Notes: generated from the letters alone by a model not told the origin. A DNA stretch of 64,000 nt from an uncultured Verrucomicrobiae bacterium (GCA_963765205.1 CAVXVB010000008.1:128001-192000), one strand, 5' to 3'. Numbered from the stretch's first letter, positions 34,054 to 43,502 are shown. Numbers and translations are program-made.

Positions 34054-34092
34054 GGTTAGTTAGACGGCCCAGGGACAAATGTCTTAGAAGTT
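34054..34092 (-). promoter_or_regulatory. ECF-type promoter copy 4
   Basis: AACTTCTAAG-N16-CGTCTAA-N6-ATG. Confidence 0.7.
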
Positions 34093-34129
34093 TTTGCAAT
34101 ACCACCTGCTCGGGCAATAATTTTTTTGG

Positions 34130-34162
34130 CTTCATCCTTCATCCCTCATCCTTCATCCTTCC
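34130..34162. repeat. Solo 7-mer arm (TTCATCC x4) directly before a GTG start
   Basis: cttcatccttcatccctcatccttcatccttcc; near-identical to the arm before gluQ. Confidence 0.8.
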
Positions 34163-34165
34163 TTC

Positions 34166-35338
34166 GTGCGCGTCCTCCTGGCCTTCGACAAGTTCAAACA
34201 TGCGCTCAGCGCGCCCGCGGCCTGCGCGGCAGCGGCAGCGGCCATCCGCGAGGCGTTCCCGCACGCGCGCACGGACGAGGCGCCGCTGGCCGACGGCGGC
34301 GAGGGTTTTTGTGAAATCCTAACCCACTCCGTCGGGGGGAAATTGCACCGGCACAAAGTCCACGGGCCGCGCTTCCATCCGGTCGAAGCGCACTGGGGCG
34401 CGGTGGATTTGGCACATGTTCCGCAAGCAGCGCGCGATTTGCTCGAGTTGCCGGACCATGGGCGCGCAGCCATCGTCGAGATGGCGCAGGCGAGCGGGCT
34501 GCAATTGCTGGCGCCAGGCGAACGGAACCCGTGGCACGCCTCCACCTTCGGCACCGGCGAAATGCTGGCGCGGGCGGCGGACAGCGGCGCGCGCGCGGCC
34601 ATCCTCGGCCTGGGCGGGGCGGCGACGAACGACCTGGGCCTCGGCGCGCTCGAAGCCATCGGCCTCGAATTCCGCGATGCGAACGGCGACCCGGTCCAAC
34701 ACGTCACCCCGGCGAAATTCGGCGAGATTGCGCGGATCGCGGGCGAGCCGTGGCCGCACATCCCGGATTTGCGCATCGCGTGCGACGTACGCAATATTCT
34801 GCTCGGCCCGAATGGCTGCACGGCCATGTATGCGCCGCAAAAGGGTTTGCCGGAGGGCGACCACGCGAAAATGGAAAAGACCCTCGGCGCGATGGCGAAA
34901 AAACTGTGCGCGCATTTCGACCAGCCGAAGACGTTGATGATGGAACCCGGCACGGGGGCCTCGGGCGGCCTCGGGTTTGGATTGCGCGTGGCCTGCGCCG
35001 CGCGGCTGGTACGGGGCTTTGATTTGATGAGCGCCTGGCTGCGGCTCGAGGAGCGCGTGCAGGCGGCAGATTTGGTGCTGACCGGCGAGGGCCGGTTTGA
35101 CAGCGGCTCGCTGTCCGGGAAGGCCGCCGGCGCGCTCGCGGAACTGGCGCTGAAGCACCACAAGAAACTCGTCGTGTTTGCCGGGCAGGTGGACGCACGC
35201 GCGGCGACGGAACTGCGCGCGCGCGCGCCCGCGGGGAAAGTCGCGCTATATGCGTTGTCGGCGGAAAATGAACCGGCGGAAGCGGCGCACCGGGCGACAG
35301 CGGCGCGGCTGGCGGCGAAGATTAGGGAAGTGCTCTAA
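34166..35338 (+). CDS. glycerate kinase (GlxK/GarK family)
   Basis: AFDKFK, PLADGGEG, EMAQASGL, GLGGAATND, YAPQKG, LTGEGRFD. Confidence 0.92.
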   Translation: MRVLLAFDKFKHALSAPAACAAAAAAIREAFPHARTDEAPLADGGEGFCEILTHSVGGKLHRHKVHGPRFHPVEAHWGAVDLAHVPQAARDLLELPDHGRAAIVEMAQASGLQLLAPGERNPWHASTFGTGEMLARAADSGARAAILGLGGAATNDLGLGALEAIGLEFRDANGDPVQHVTPAKFGEIARIAGEPWPHIPDLRIACDVRNILLGPNGCTAMYAPQKGLPEGDHAKMEKTLGAMAKKLCAHFDQPKTLMMEPGTGASGGLGFGLRVACAARLVRGFDLMSAWLRLEERVQAADLVLTGEGRFDSGSLSGKAAGALAELALKHHKKLVVFAGQVDARAATELRARAPAGKVALYALSAENEPAEAAHRATAARLAAKIREVL

Positions 35339-35470
35339 AATTTTGCCTTCAGCCTTTTCCAAATCGTTGGCCACTACGCGACCCTTTGGTTGACCCCAAT
35401 TTGAAGACATCACCTAATTTTTCACTTTCAAGTCGCGAAGCGCGCGCAGGGGGTAATGGTGCGAATTTAT

Positions 35471-35500
35471 TCTTTGCGCTCTGGGCGGCTTTGCGGTGAA
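35471..35500. repeat. Solo 9-mer arm (reverse complement TTCACCGCAAAG...)
   Basis: Matches arms at 10029, 10079, 63519, 63775 and 63868. Confidence 0.75.
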
Positions 35501-35510
35501 TTATTTGTGC

Positions 35511-35996
35511 ATGCACAAAGTCAACCTCGCGCACCTCCCCGAAGCGGAAGATAAATCGCCGAAGGGCAAATTCCATTCCTTTTACCAAGGCGTCTCCCTC
35601 GCCCTCGGCCGCGACGACCAGTCGCTCGACCTCGCCAAACGCCACCCCTTCGATCTGGAATACAACCGCCTGCCGCCCGGCGCGCTCAATTACCCCTACC
35701 ACGCCCATTCCGCGCAATGGGAACTGTATGTCGTCGTCTCCGGCCAGGGCCTTGTGCGCGACGAGGCCGGAATGACGGCCGTCGCGGCCGGCGACGCCTT
35801 TGTGTTCCCGCCCGGCCAGGCCCACCAGATCTCCAACCCCGGCCCCGGGGACTTGGTCTATTACGTCATCGCCGACAACCCGATCGGCGAATGCTGCTAT
35901 TATCCCGATAGCAAAAAATGGCTCGTCGCCCGCGACACCCCCGCCCGGAAACTCGTCCCAGACCAAAAGGCCGGCTATTACGACGGTGAGGAGTGA
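35511..35996 (+). CDS. cupin domain protein
   Basis: PYHAHSAQWELYVVVSGQG, AGDAFVFPPGQAHQISN, YYPDSKK. Confidence 0.88.
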   Translation: MHKVNLAHLPEAEDKSPKGKFHSFYQGVSLALGRDDQSLDLAKRHPFDLEYNRLPPGALNYPYHAHSAQWELYVVVSGQGLVRDEAGMTAVAAGDAFVFPPGQAHQISNPGPGDLVYYVIADNPIGECCYYPDSKKWLVARDTPARKLVPDQKAGYYDGEE

Positions 35997-36055
35997 GGCG
36001 GGCCAATTATGAGGATGCTCCCGAAATCTTGTCGCGTATGCTTTCAGTGCAATTC

Positions 36056-36177
36056 AGTAGTCAAGGAATCCTTAACTAATGCCGCTGACGGCAACTATCC
36101 GGAAATTCCGGATCGTTCAAACCGAAGGAGTTTGCCGTCCCTTCAGTAGTCAAGGATTCCTTGACTACTGAAGGGAC
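36056..36177. repeat. Three 25-bp palindromes; the third lies within a perfect 41-bp palindrome
   Basis: 36056-36080, 36093-36117, 36145-36169; perfect 20-bp arms at 36137-36156 and 36158-36177. Confidence 0.85.
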
Positions 36178-37039
36178 CGCAGAATCCGCTTGGGCAAAAT
36201 CCCTGCCACGCAAGATCGTAGATTGATTTCACGAAATGACCTCGTAGATATCTAACACGGTCCTTAAACTCTGTTTGGTAAAAAGTGACGCCAACTAAAG
36301 CTGATCGTTCTATGCTTAGATGACCGTCAACCTCATGTTTGCGGATTTGCATCGCCCAAATTGGACCTCCGCTTACTCCAGCAAAACTCATGGGCAAATT
36401 GGGGGAGGTCGAGAAATCACACTTGCTCTCGATATAATCCCATCCGTCTTTTTCATGAATATCATGCGCTCCAATTGAATTTAGAAAAGCCATATGCTTG
36501 TTAATTCGATAAATGTCATTCCCGTCGATTGTCGTGCTGCAATCTAACTCTGGGTATCCAATCGATGCCAGACCAGTGCCAATAATTCCAAATTCTTGTA
36601 AAATTTGTTCGTGATTTCGGTCAAGCGACCACACCGAGCCGAAGGCCGATACCCATCCTAATGAAGCCCCAGGAATAATCTCCAAAAATGTCAAGTCGGG
36701 GCCATACTCCTCGCTTTTTGGCTTGGTTAGAGGGTGCTCAAGTAGCGCGTTTGGCGGCAACATCAAGTTACGGCCTCGCGCCAGAACCAAGAGAAGGGAG
36801 TCTTGACCATTGGGGCCAACATGAATCTCTGGTGAGCATGCATGCAAACAATGCCGAGCGGTAAGAATCCCGACGCGCCCGCACTTCTTTACCAATGTTC
36901 CAGATCCCAGTGGAACGAATGTGGATGCGTCATTCCCGATTACGCGACCAAGTGCCACAGAATACGGAACGAACTCGCTTTTGACGATTTCGAGAAACTC
37001 GTTTGGGAGGGCACCCAATGGAACGAATTCAATTCCCAT
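36143..37039 (-). CDS. trypsin-like serine peptidase domain protein, AT-rich, no signal peptide
   Basis: GSGTLV, ILTARHC, PDLTFL, GVSGGP catalytic-triad-like motifs. Confidence 0.7.
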   Translation of the reverse strand: MGIEFVPLGALPNEFLEIVKSEFVPYSVALGRVIGNDASTFVPLGSGTLVKKCGRVGILTARHCLHACSPEIHVGPNGQDSLLLVLARGRNLMLPPNALLEHPLTKPKSEEYGPDLTFLEIIPGASLGWVSAFGSVWSLDRNHEQILQEFGIIGTGLASIGYPELDCSTTIDGNDIYRINKHMAFLNSIGAHDIHEKDGWDYIESKCDFSTSPNLPMSFAGVSGGPIWAMQIRKHEVDGHLSIERSALVGVTFYQTEFKDRVRYLRGHFVKSIYDLAWQGFCPSGFCGPFSSQGILDY

Positions 37040-37061
37040 ATAGTCGATTGATGACCAGAGA

Positions 37062-38666
37062 TTATCGTTTCGAATCCCGCAGCAGTTTATAGGCATACGA
37101 GTCGCACAGCGCCTCATACGACGCCGCGATGATATTGTCCGACGCGCCGACGGTGCCCCAGTTTTCGTGGCCGTCGGTGGATTCCACCAGGACGCGGATC
37201 ACCGCTTGCGCTCCTTGCCCCGTGTCCACGATGCGGACGTTGAAGTCCGCGAGGCGCACGTCGAGGATGGCGGGGAAATGCGGGGCGAGGGCTTTGCGCA
37301 GCGCGCGGTCCAGCGCGCCGACCGGGCCGGCGTCCTCCGCGACTTCGTGGCGGACTTCGTCGCCGATTTTTACTTTCACGGTGGCCTCAGCCAGCAGCGA
37401 GCCTTCCCCTTCGCGCTCAACGGTGGCGCGGTAGCCGAGCACCTCGAAGGGTTCATGCCAGTTTTCCAAAAACCGTTTCAACAGCAGCAGAAACGACGCG
37501 TCGGCGGCTTCGTATTGGTAGCCGCGGAATTCGCGCGCCTTGACCTCGGCGAGAAAATCCTTCAGCCGCGGCGCGCGCGGGTCGAGTTCCAGGCCCAGTT
37601 CACGCGCCTTCATCATCACCGAGGCGCGGCCGGACATGTCGGAGACGAGCACGCGCGTCAGGTTGCCGACCAGCGCGGGATCAATGTGTTCGTAGGAGCG
37701 CGCGACTTTGCTCGCGGCGTCGGCGTGGATGCCGCCTTTGTGCGCGAAGGCCGTCGCGCCGACGTAGGGCGCCTTCGGGTCGGGGCGGAAATTCGCCAGC
37801 TCGTCCACAAAGTGTGAGAGGTCGCGCAACTCGGCGAGGTGCGCGGCGCAATGGAGCGGTCGGTGCATCTTGAGGGCGAGGTTCGGCAGGATGGTGGTGA
37901 GGTTGGCGTTGCCGTTGCGCTCGCCGTGGCCGTTCATCGTGCCTTGCACGAGCGTGCCGCCGGCTTCGACGCCCGTGAGTGTGACGGCGACCCCCAACCC
38001 GGCGTCGTTGTGGCAATGCAGGCCGATGCGCGCGCCGGGGAAGCGGCGCACGACCGCGGCGGTAATGTCATGCACCTCCCGCACGAGGCTGCCGCCGTTG
38101 GTGTCGCAGAGGGTGAGGCAGGGCGCGCCGGCGGTGTAGGCGGCCTCGAGCGTCTGCAGTGCATATTCGGGATGGTCCTTGTAGCCGTCGAAGAAATGCT
38201 CCGCGTCGTAGATGACCTCACGCCCGTGTTGCACCAGGTGGCGCACGGTGTCGGCGATCATGGCGAGGTTTTCCTCCGGCGTGACGCGGAGGACTTCCGT
38301 GACGTGCAGCAGCCACGATTTGCCGAAGATGGTGACGACGGGCGTGTGCGCGTCGAGCAGCAGGCGCACCTGCGCGTCCTCGGCCACCGGCGTGTGCGCG
38401 CGGCGCGTCGAGCCGAAGGCGGCGAGCTTGGCGTGGGTGAGTTTCAGTCCGCGCGCGCGCTCAAAAAACTCCTGGTCGCGCGGGTTCGAGCCGGGCCAAC
38501 CACCCTCGATGTAATCGAGGCCGAAGTGGTCGAGTTTTTCGACGAGCCGCAATTTCGCGGCGACGCTGAAGGAAACGCCCTCGCCCTGCGTGCCGTCGCG
38601 CAGGGTGGTGTCGTAGGTGAGGACGAGATGCGGGGAATCCGTGGGGGTGCGGGAAGAAGTGCTCAT
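37062..38666 (-). CDS. cimA: citramalate synthase
   Basis: DTTLRDGTQGEG, IEGGWPGSNP, YDAEHFFDGY, HCHNDAG, AFAHKGGIH, C-terminal regulatory domain. Confidence 0.92.
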   Translation of the reverse strand: MSTSSRTPTDSPHLVLTYDTTLRDGTQGEGVSFSVAAKLRLVEKLDHFGLDYIEGGWPGSNPRDQEFFERARGLKLTHAKLAAFGSTRRAHTPVAEDAQVRLLLDAHTPVVTIFGKSWLLHVTEVLRVTPEENLAMIADTVRHLVQHGREVIYDAEHFFDGYKDHPEYALQTLEAAYTAGAPCLTLCDTNGGSLVREVHDITAAVVRRFPGARIGLHCHNDAGLGVAVTLTGVEAGGTLVQGTMNGHGERNGNANLTTILPNLALKMHRPLHCAAHLAELRDLSHFVDELANFRPDPKAPYVGATAFAHKGGIHADAASKVARSYEHIDPALVGNLTRVLVSDMSGRASVMMKARELGLELDPRAPRLKDFLAEVKAREFRGYQYEAADASFLLLLKRFLENWHEPFEVLGYRATVEREGEGSLLAEATVKVKIGDEVRHEVAEDAGPVGALDRALRKALAPHFPAILDVRLADFNVRIVDTGQGAQAVIRVLVESTDGHENWGTVGASDNIIAASYEALCDSYAYKLLRDSKR

Positions 38667-38678
38667 GGGGCGGAAAGG

Positions 38679-38716
38679 GAATTAAGAAGTAAGATTTAAG
38701 AATTAAGAAGTAAAAT
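38679..38716. repeat. Solo 7-mer arm (AATTAAG-like x5) upstream of cimA
   Basis: gaattaagaagtaagatttaagaattaagaagtaaaat. Confidence 0.7.
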
Positions 38717-38929
38717 CCGTGGAAACAGCGGGCATGGCAAAGCCGCCAAATGCGCCCGCGAGGGAGCCGGGAGTAGCAAAACCGGGGAAGCCATCCGCCA
38801 TTCGCGCAGACCACACGCGCGGGCGCCGCCTCCCCTACCGAATTCGGAGGGTGCGCGAATCAAAAATAATGCACCGAAAATTCATTGACCCAACCAGCAA
38901 ATACAAAATGACGGGGCAAGTCAAACGCG

Positions 38930-39370
38930 TTATTGCGGCCATAACCACAGCCCAAGCAGCGCGCCTTGCAGGGCGCAGAGAACGACATCGTGCGCGGCGA
39001 CAATCACATAGAGCTTCAACGATTTCATCGCGAAGATGCTGTTGACGCCATGGCGCACGGCCACGAGACCCACGCCCACGAGCAGGCCCATTTTCAGCCC
39101 GCCGAACGCGCCCGTGGCGCCCAATTGTTCGTGCCAGGTGACGAGGAGCGCGAGCACGGTGGTCGAAAGAAAAGTCAACGCAAACGCGCCCACCAGCATC
39201 AACACGCCCTTCGAGCGCGGCATCTTCATATCCGCCACAGTGAAATTCATTTCCTTCATCCACGGCTTGACGAACAGCAGCGGCGAATACCAAACCCAGC
39301 CGAGCAGGAAGCCAATGACGGCAACTGCGAGCACAATCAAATAATTGAGGTGGGAGAGGACAGCGAACAT
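38930..39370 (-). CDS. DUF1761 family membrane protein
   Basis: LNYLIVLAV..LGWVWYSPLLF.KPW; 4 TM segments. Confidence 0.82.
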   Translation of the reverse strand: MFAVLSHLNYLIVLAVAVIGFLLGWVWYSPLLFVKPWMKEMNFTVADMKMPRSKGVLMLVGAFALTFLSTTVLALLVTWHEQLGATGAFGGLKMGLLVGVGLVAVRHGVNSIFAMKSLKLYVIVAAHDVVLCALQGALLGLWLWPQ

Positions 39371-39512
39371 GGCAGTGGGGGTTGGCGTGGAACAATTCCA
39401 GATCAAGGGAACGATTCCAAGTTAAGAACGACGCCAGTAGGGGTCAAGCGGCGGAGGGAGGCGCGGCGAATTTTGCTTGCACGGCGCGGCGAAATCCGGG
39501 CAGGTTCAGGGG

Positions 39513-41111
39513 ATGCCCGCCACCCACCCGCCCGCCTCGCCCTCCCCGTTCGCCACCGCCGCGGCCACGCCCACCGCCGCACCGACGCCCGTGACCGTGC
39601 TCACCGGCTTCCTCGGCACGGGGAAGACGACCCTCCTCAACCATCTGCTCGCGCAGTTGCCGGGCAAGCGCGTCGCCGTCATCGAAAATGAATTCGGCGA
39701 AGTGAGCATTGACCACGCGATCATCGTCGGCGCGGAAGAACAGGTCTTGAGCAACGGCTGCGTCTGCTGCACGGTGCGCGGTGATTTGCTGCGCGTGCTG
39801 CGCGAGTTCGAGGAGCAGAACAAAAACTACGATTATATTCTGCTCGAAACCACCGGCCTCGCCAACCCGACACCCATCGCCCAGACCTTCCTGCTCGACC
39901 CCGCGCTCCAGGCGCGCTACCGGCTCGACGGCATCGTGACGCTGGCCGACGCCGTCAACCTGACGCGCCACCTCGACACGAAGGACGAGGCGCAAAAGCA
40001 GGTCGGCTTCGCGGATGTGATCATTTTGAACAAGGCGGATTTGGTTTCCGCGGCGGCGTTGGACGAAATCGAAGACCGGCTGCGCGGGCTGAACCGCACG
40101 GCGCGCATCGTCCGCGCCACGCGCGCGAATGTCCCGGTCGCGGCGGTCTTGGATTTGCATGCGTTTGACTTGGAGCGCGCGCTGGAACTCGACCCGGATT
40201 TCACCCGGCCCGAGCACCCGTTCACCTGGGCGGGGCTTTATACGCTCCCAGCGGGCGTCTTCCGCCTCACCGTGTCCGCCGCGGCCGCGCACCACGACGA
40301 GCATTGCCACCACGACCACGCTCACGGCGAGGAAGAACACACTCACGAACATGAGCATGAAGGAGAAGCGCATCATCACCACCCCCATGACGACGGCCAC
40401 GAATGCTGCGGACACGACCATGACCACGAACATGATGGGGCGCATGAGCATGACCATGGCCACGACCATGCTCACGATGACGAACCTGCTCCCACGCATC
40501 CGATGACCTTTGCCTGTCTGGCGCTGCCGGATGCAACGGAAAAATCCTGGCAGACCGCCGTGCTCGACGCCGACACGCTCTTCAGCACGACCGCCGAACT
40601 CGCGCATCCCGGCGCCGCGCTGCGCCCCGAGCGAAAATTACGCGAGCTGGCCCTGCCCGAGGCGCACAACGCCTTCGTGCTCGAATTGCCCAAGGCTGGC
40701 GCGTATGCGCTCTTCGCGCATCATGATTTGACGGCGCACGGCGGCGGCCTGGCGCGCGACGGCCGGGCTTTCACGCCCGCGCGCCTCGACCGCTTCAAAC
40801 ACGCCCACACCCACGACGACCGGGTCAAGTCCTTCACCATCCAAGCCAACGGCGACCTCGACCTCGACAAAGTGAACGCGTGGATCGAAGACCTCCTCGC
40901 GCGCGAAAGCGACCGGCTCTACCGCCTGAAAGGTTTTTTGGCCATCCGCGGCGTGAAGGAAAAATATCTTTTGCAAGGCGTCCACCAGCTCTTCAGCGGC
41001 GACGTGGCCGGACCGTGGGGGCCGGAACCGCGCCGCAACACGCTCGTGTTCATCGGCGAAAACCTCGACCAGCGCGCGCTGACCAAAGCCTTTCTCAAGT
41101 GCCTGGCGTGA
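39513..41111 (+). CDS. COG0523/CobW-family G3E GTPase metallochaperone with His-rich insert
   Basis: LTGFLGTGKTT, ENEFG, NGCVCC, ETTGLA, NKAD, CobW_C YRLKG; His-rich tract about 40290-40485. Confidence 0.93.
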   Translation: MPATHPPASPSPFATAAATPTAAPTPVTVLTGFLGTGKTTLLNHLLAQLPGKRVAVIENEFGEVSIDHAIIVGAEEQVLSNGCVCCTVRGDLLRVLREFEEQNKNYDYILLETTGLANPTPIAQTFLLDPALQARYRLDGIVTLADAVNLTRHLDTKDEAQKQVGFADVIILNKADLVSAAALDEIEDRLRGLNRTARIVRATRANVPVAAVLDLHAFDLERALELDPDFTRPEHPFTWAGLYTLPAGVFRLTVSAAAAHHDEHCHHDHAHGEEEHTHEHEHEGEAHHHHPHDDGHECCGHDHDHEHDGAHEHDHGHDHAHDDEPAPTHPMTFACLALPDATEKSWQTAVLDADTLFSTTAELAHPGAALRPERKLRELALPEAHNAFVLELPKAGAYALFAHHDLTAHGGGLARDGRAFTPARLDRFKHAHTHDDRVKSFTIQANGDLDLDKVNAWIEDLLARESDRLYRLKGFLAIRGVKEKYLLQGVHQLFSGDVAGPWGPEPRRNTLVFIGENLDQRALTKAFLKCLA

Positions 41112-41178
41112 GGGAGGCAACTCATGAACAAATACCCTTGCTGGGCGGGAGCATAACGCCTAATCTGTTTGTCACTCT

Positions 41179-42315
41179 ATGAGCGCAAAAACCAAGCTTG
41201 CGCTGGCGGCAGTGGTGTTAGGCGTCCTCGCGCTGAACACCCACCAATTTCAGGTTAACCGCGAACTGGAGGTAGAGATTTCCGCAGTGCAAAAGGTCGC
41301 GGCCAAACCCAAGCCGCGGCCCGTCGTGGCGACGGTGCGCAAGACGGTGATCACGGAGGGCAGCGGCCGGGAGCAAATATCCCTGGCCATCCTGCAGGCG
41401 CCGGGGGTGCCCACGATGCTGCGCAAAGTCGGCGCCAAGTTCTACCCGCTCACCGTGGACGACATCCGGCAGGACCCCGGCCTGATGAAGCAACTGACGA
41501 ACCGCTTTTCCAGCATACCAAGCACACTGCAAGCCAAGCTGCAAGGTTATGGACTGTCACCCGAGGCGGTGGAGAGTTATCACAGCATCATCGCCGAGCG
41601 GGATGCGCAGACGTATCTCCTTTTTCTCGACTATTCGCAACCGGGCCTGGATGACGGGGACCTGGCGTCTTTTGACGCCGAGCGGCAGGCCCTTGATGAT
41701 GACGCCGACGCGCAGATCGGCGCGCTGATCAATAACGCGGACAATTTCGCCGACTACAAGGACTCGGCGGATCAGGATGACACCGGGCAGCAGGCCCTCC
41801 AAACTTTTACATCCAATCTGAAGCGCGCGGCCAGCACGGCGGGCGAAGACCTGACCCTCTCGCCCGAACAAAGCGACGCCCTGACCAACATCATGCAGGA
41901 AGAGCTGGCAAATTCCGGCCTGCCGGACCCCTTTGTCGCCCACCTGATGCAGGCCTCGGGCATGGCGGTGATCACCCCGAGCTTTCTCCAGTCCAAACAG
42001 ATGCAGGAGACCGGAACGGATATCACGGCCTTTGCGCCGGAGAAGGCAACGATGCTCAGCCGCATCATGGACCGCGCCGCGCAGGTTCTTACCCCCGCCC
42101 AATTCGCCGTTTTCCAGCAAAAGCCACCCGACCTGATGACAATGCAAATGAGATCCAAGACGACTCTATATTTAGAACAGCCCATCACGCCGCTGCCTTT
42201 CGGCGACACGGCGCAGACCGGCCAATTGACGATCTTTCCCGCCAACGCGGGCGGATCCTCCGGCTTCGGCGGCAACTTTAGCTACAGCATCAAAACCCTT
42301 CCCGCGGCCCCGTAA
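41179..42315 (+). CDS. hypothetical membrane-anchored protein (paralog A)
   Basis: N-terminal hydrophobic helix; similar to the next ORF. Confidence 0.7.
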   Translation: MSAKTKLALAAVVLGVLALNTHQFQVNRELEVEISAVQKVAAKPKPRPVVATVRKTVITEGSGREQISLAILQAPGVPTMLRKVGAKFYPLTVDDIRQDPGLMKQLTNRFSSIPSTLQAKLQGYGLSPEAVESYHSIIAERDAQTYLLFLDYSQPGLDDGDLASFDAERQALDDDADAQIGALINNADNFADYKDSADQDDTGQQALQTFTSNLKRAASTAGEDLTLSPEQSDALTNIMQEELANSGLPDPFVAHLMQASGMAVITPSFLQSKQMQETGTDITAFAPEKATMLSRIMDRAAQVLTPAQFAVFQQKPPDLMTMQMRSKTTLYLEQPITPLPFGDTAQTGQLTIFPANAGGSSGFGGNFSYSIKTLPAAP

Positions 42316-42320
42316 CGCCC

Positions 42321-43502
42321 ATGGCCAAGTCGTCCCCATCCACCCGGATCGTGATCTTGTTCGTGCTGGCCGCGCTGACCGTGGAGGTTTGGCAATTGCG
42401 CCAGACGGCGCTGTTGGAGGAGGAACTGGCCGCGGTTGAGCAAACTAAGCCCCCGACCGCGCATGCGGCGCCCAAGCCGCCGCCGGTGGTGGTTGATGCG
42501 CCCGCGCCCGAGTTTACGGGCGAGGCCGCCGAGCCGGGCAAACCTTTGACCCTCGCGGATGGCTCGGTGGTCACCGTGAAGGATTCGACGCCGCGCAGCG
42601 TCACGGTGCATCGCCCCGCGAATACGGGCACGTTGTTGGCCGAAATAGATGGAGAGGTGCGCCAAATCAGCGTGGACGACCTCAAGAACAATCCGGACCT
42701 GATGAACCAATTGACCGGTGCCGCGAAAACCTCGGCGCAGCGCGAATTTGCCAATTACCTCAAGCAATCGGGGTTGACGGCGGAGCAGCAGGCCCAATTC
42801 CAAGCGACCATGGCGGACCGCACGTCCCAGATTTGGCTGGCGGCGCTGCAAGTGGCCACCAAAGGAGACCTGACAGCGGACCAACTGGCGGCGCTGAACC
42901 AGCAAGTCAGCGAAATTGAACAAACGGCCCAGGCCAGTCTGCGGCCGCTTTATGCGAGCGACGACGACTTCGCCGCATTACAAACCTACCAAGCGCAAGG
43001 CGCCGCCCAAGGCGTTCTCAGCACGCTGGGCCAAATGGTGCATGACCCCCTTACCCCCGAACAATCGGACGCCATCTCCGGCATCGTCGCAGAGGAATAT
43101 GCCAAGGCCAATTTGCCCGAACCCATGGTGGTGGGCATCCTCTGGGGATTAAACTCGGACCTGCCGCCCCTGACGGGCGAGTTTCAACAAATGGAAACGA
43201 GCATCGAGGATCGCCTGGCCGCCGTGCTCACTCCGTCACAAGCTGACCAGTTAAAATCCAGCCCGGGCAGCGCCGGTCGTTTAAAGAATGGCGTGATGCG
43301 GACCACCTCGTCTTTCGAGTCGGCGATAGACCGTGGTTCCATGACGGGAGGGGGCTCCGCCGATACGCCCAAATTCAAGTTTTTCCCGGGTGAACGATCG
43401 GGCATGGGTTCCGGTGGCGGCGGATTTGGTTATACGATGTCAGGCCCTAATGGATCGTCCTACAGCAAGGATTATTTTGAAGTTGATATACACACAGATT
43501 AA
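42321..43502 (+). CDS. hypothetical membrane-anchored protein (paralog B)
   Basis: VDDLKNNPDLMNQLT vs VDDIRQDPGLMKQLT; LTPEQSDA..I..EE...LP.P; VLTP.Q shared. Confidence 0.7.
   Translation: MAKSSPSTRIVILFVLAALTVEVWQLRQTALLEEELAAVEQTKPPTAHAAPKPPPVVVDAPAPEFTGEAAEPGKPLTLADGSVVTVKDSTPRSVTVHRPANTGTLLAEIDGEVRQISVDDLKNNPDLMNQLTGAAKTSAQREFANYLKQSGLTAEQQAQFQATMADRTSQIWLAALQVATKGDLTADQLAALNQQVSEIEQTAQASLRPLYASDDDFAALQTYQAQGAAQGVLSTLGQMVHDPLTPEQSDAISGIVAEEYAKANLPEPMVVGILWGLNSDLPPLTGEFQQMETSIEDRLAAVLTPSQADQLKSSPGSAGRLKNGVMRTTSSFESAIDRGSMTGGGSADTPKFKFFPGERSGMGSGGGGFGYTMSGPNGSSYSKDYFEVDIHTD

Noticed and set aside
29161..34092. Repeated intergenic motif as integron attC sites
   Set aside because: No inverted R/L boxes or hairpin and no integrase; a fixed distance to the ATG fits a promoter.
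38717..38900. Amino-acid attenuator upstream of cimA
   Set aside because: No Ile/Leu/Val-rich leader peptide or U-tailed terminator found.
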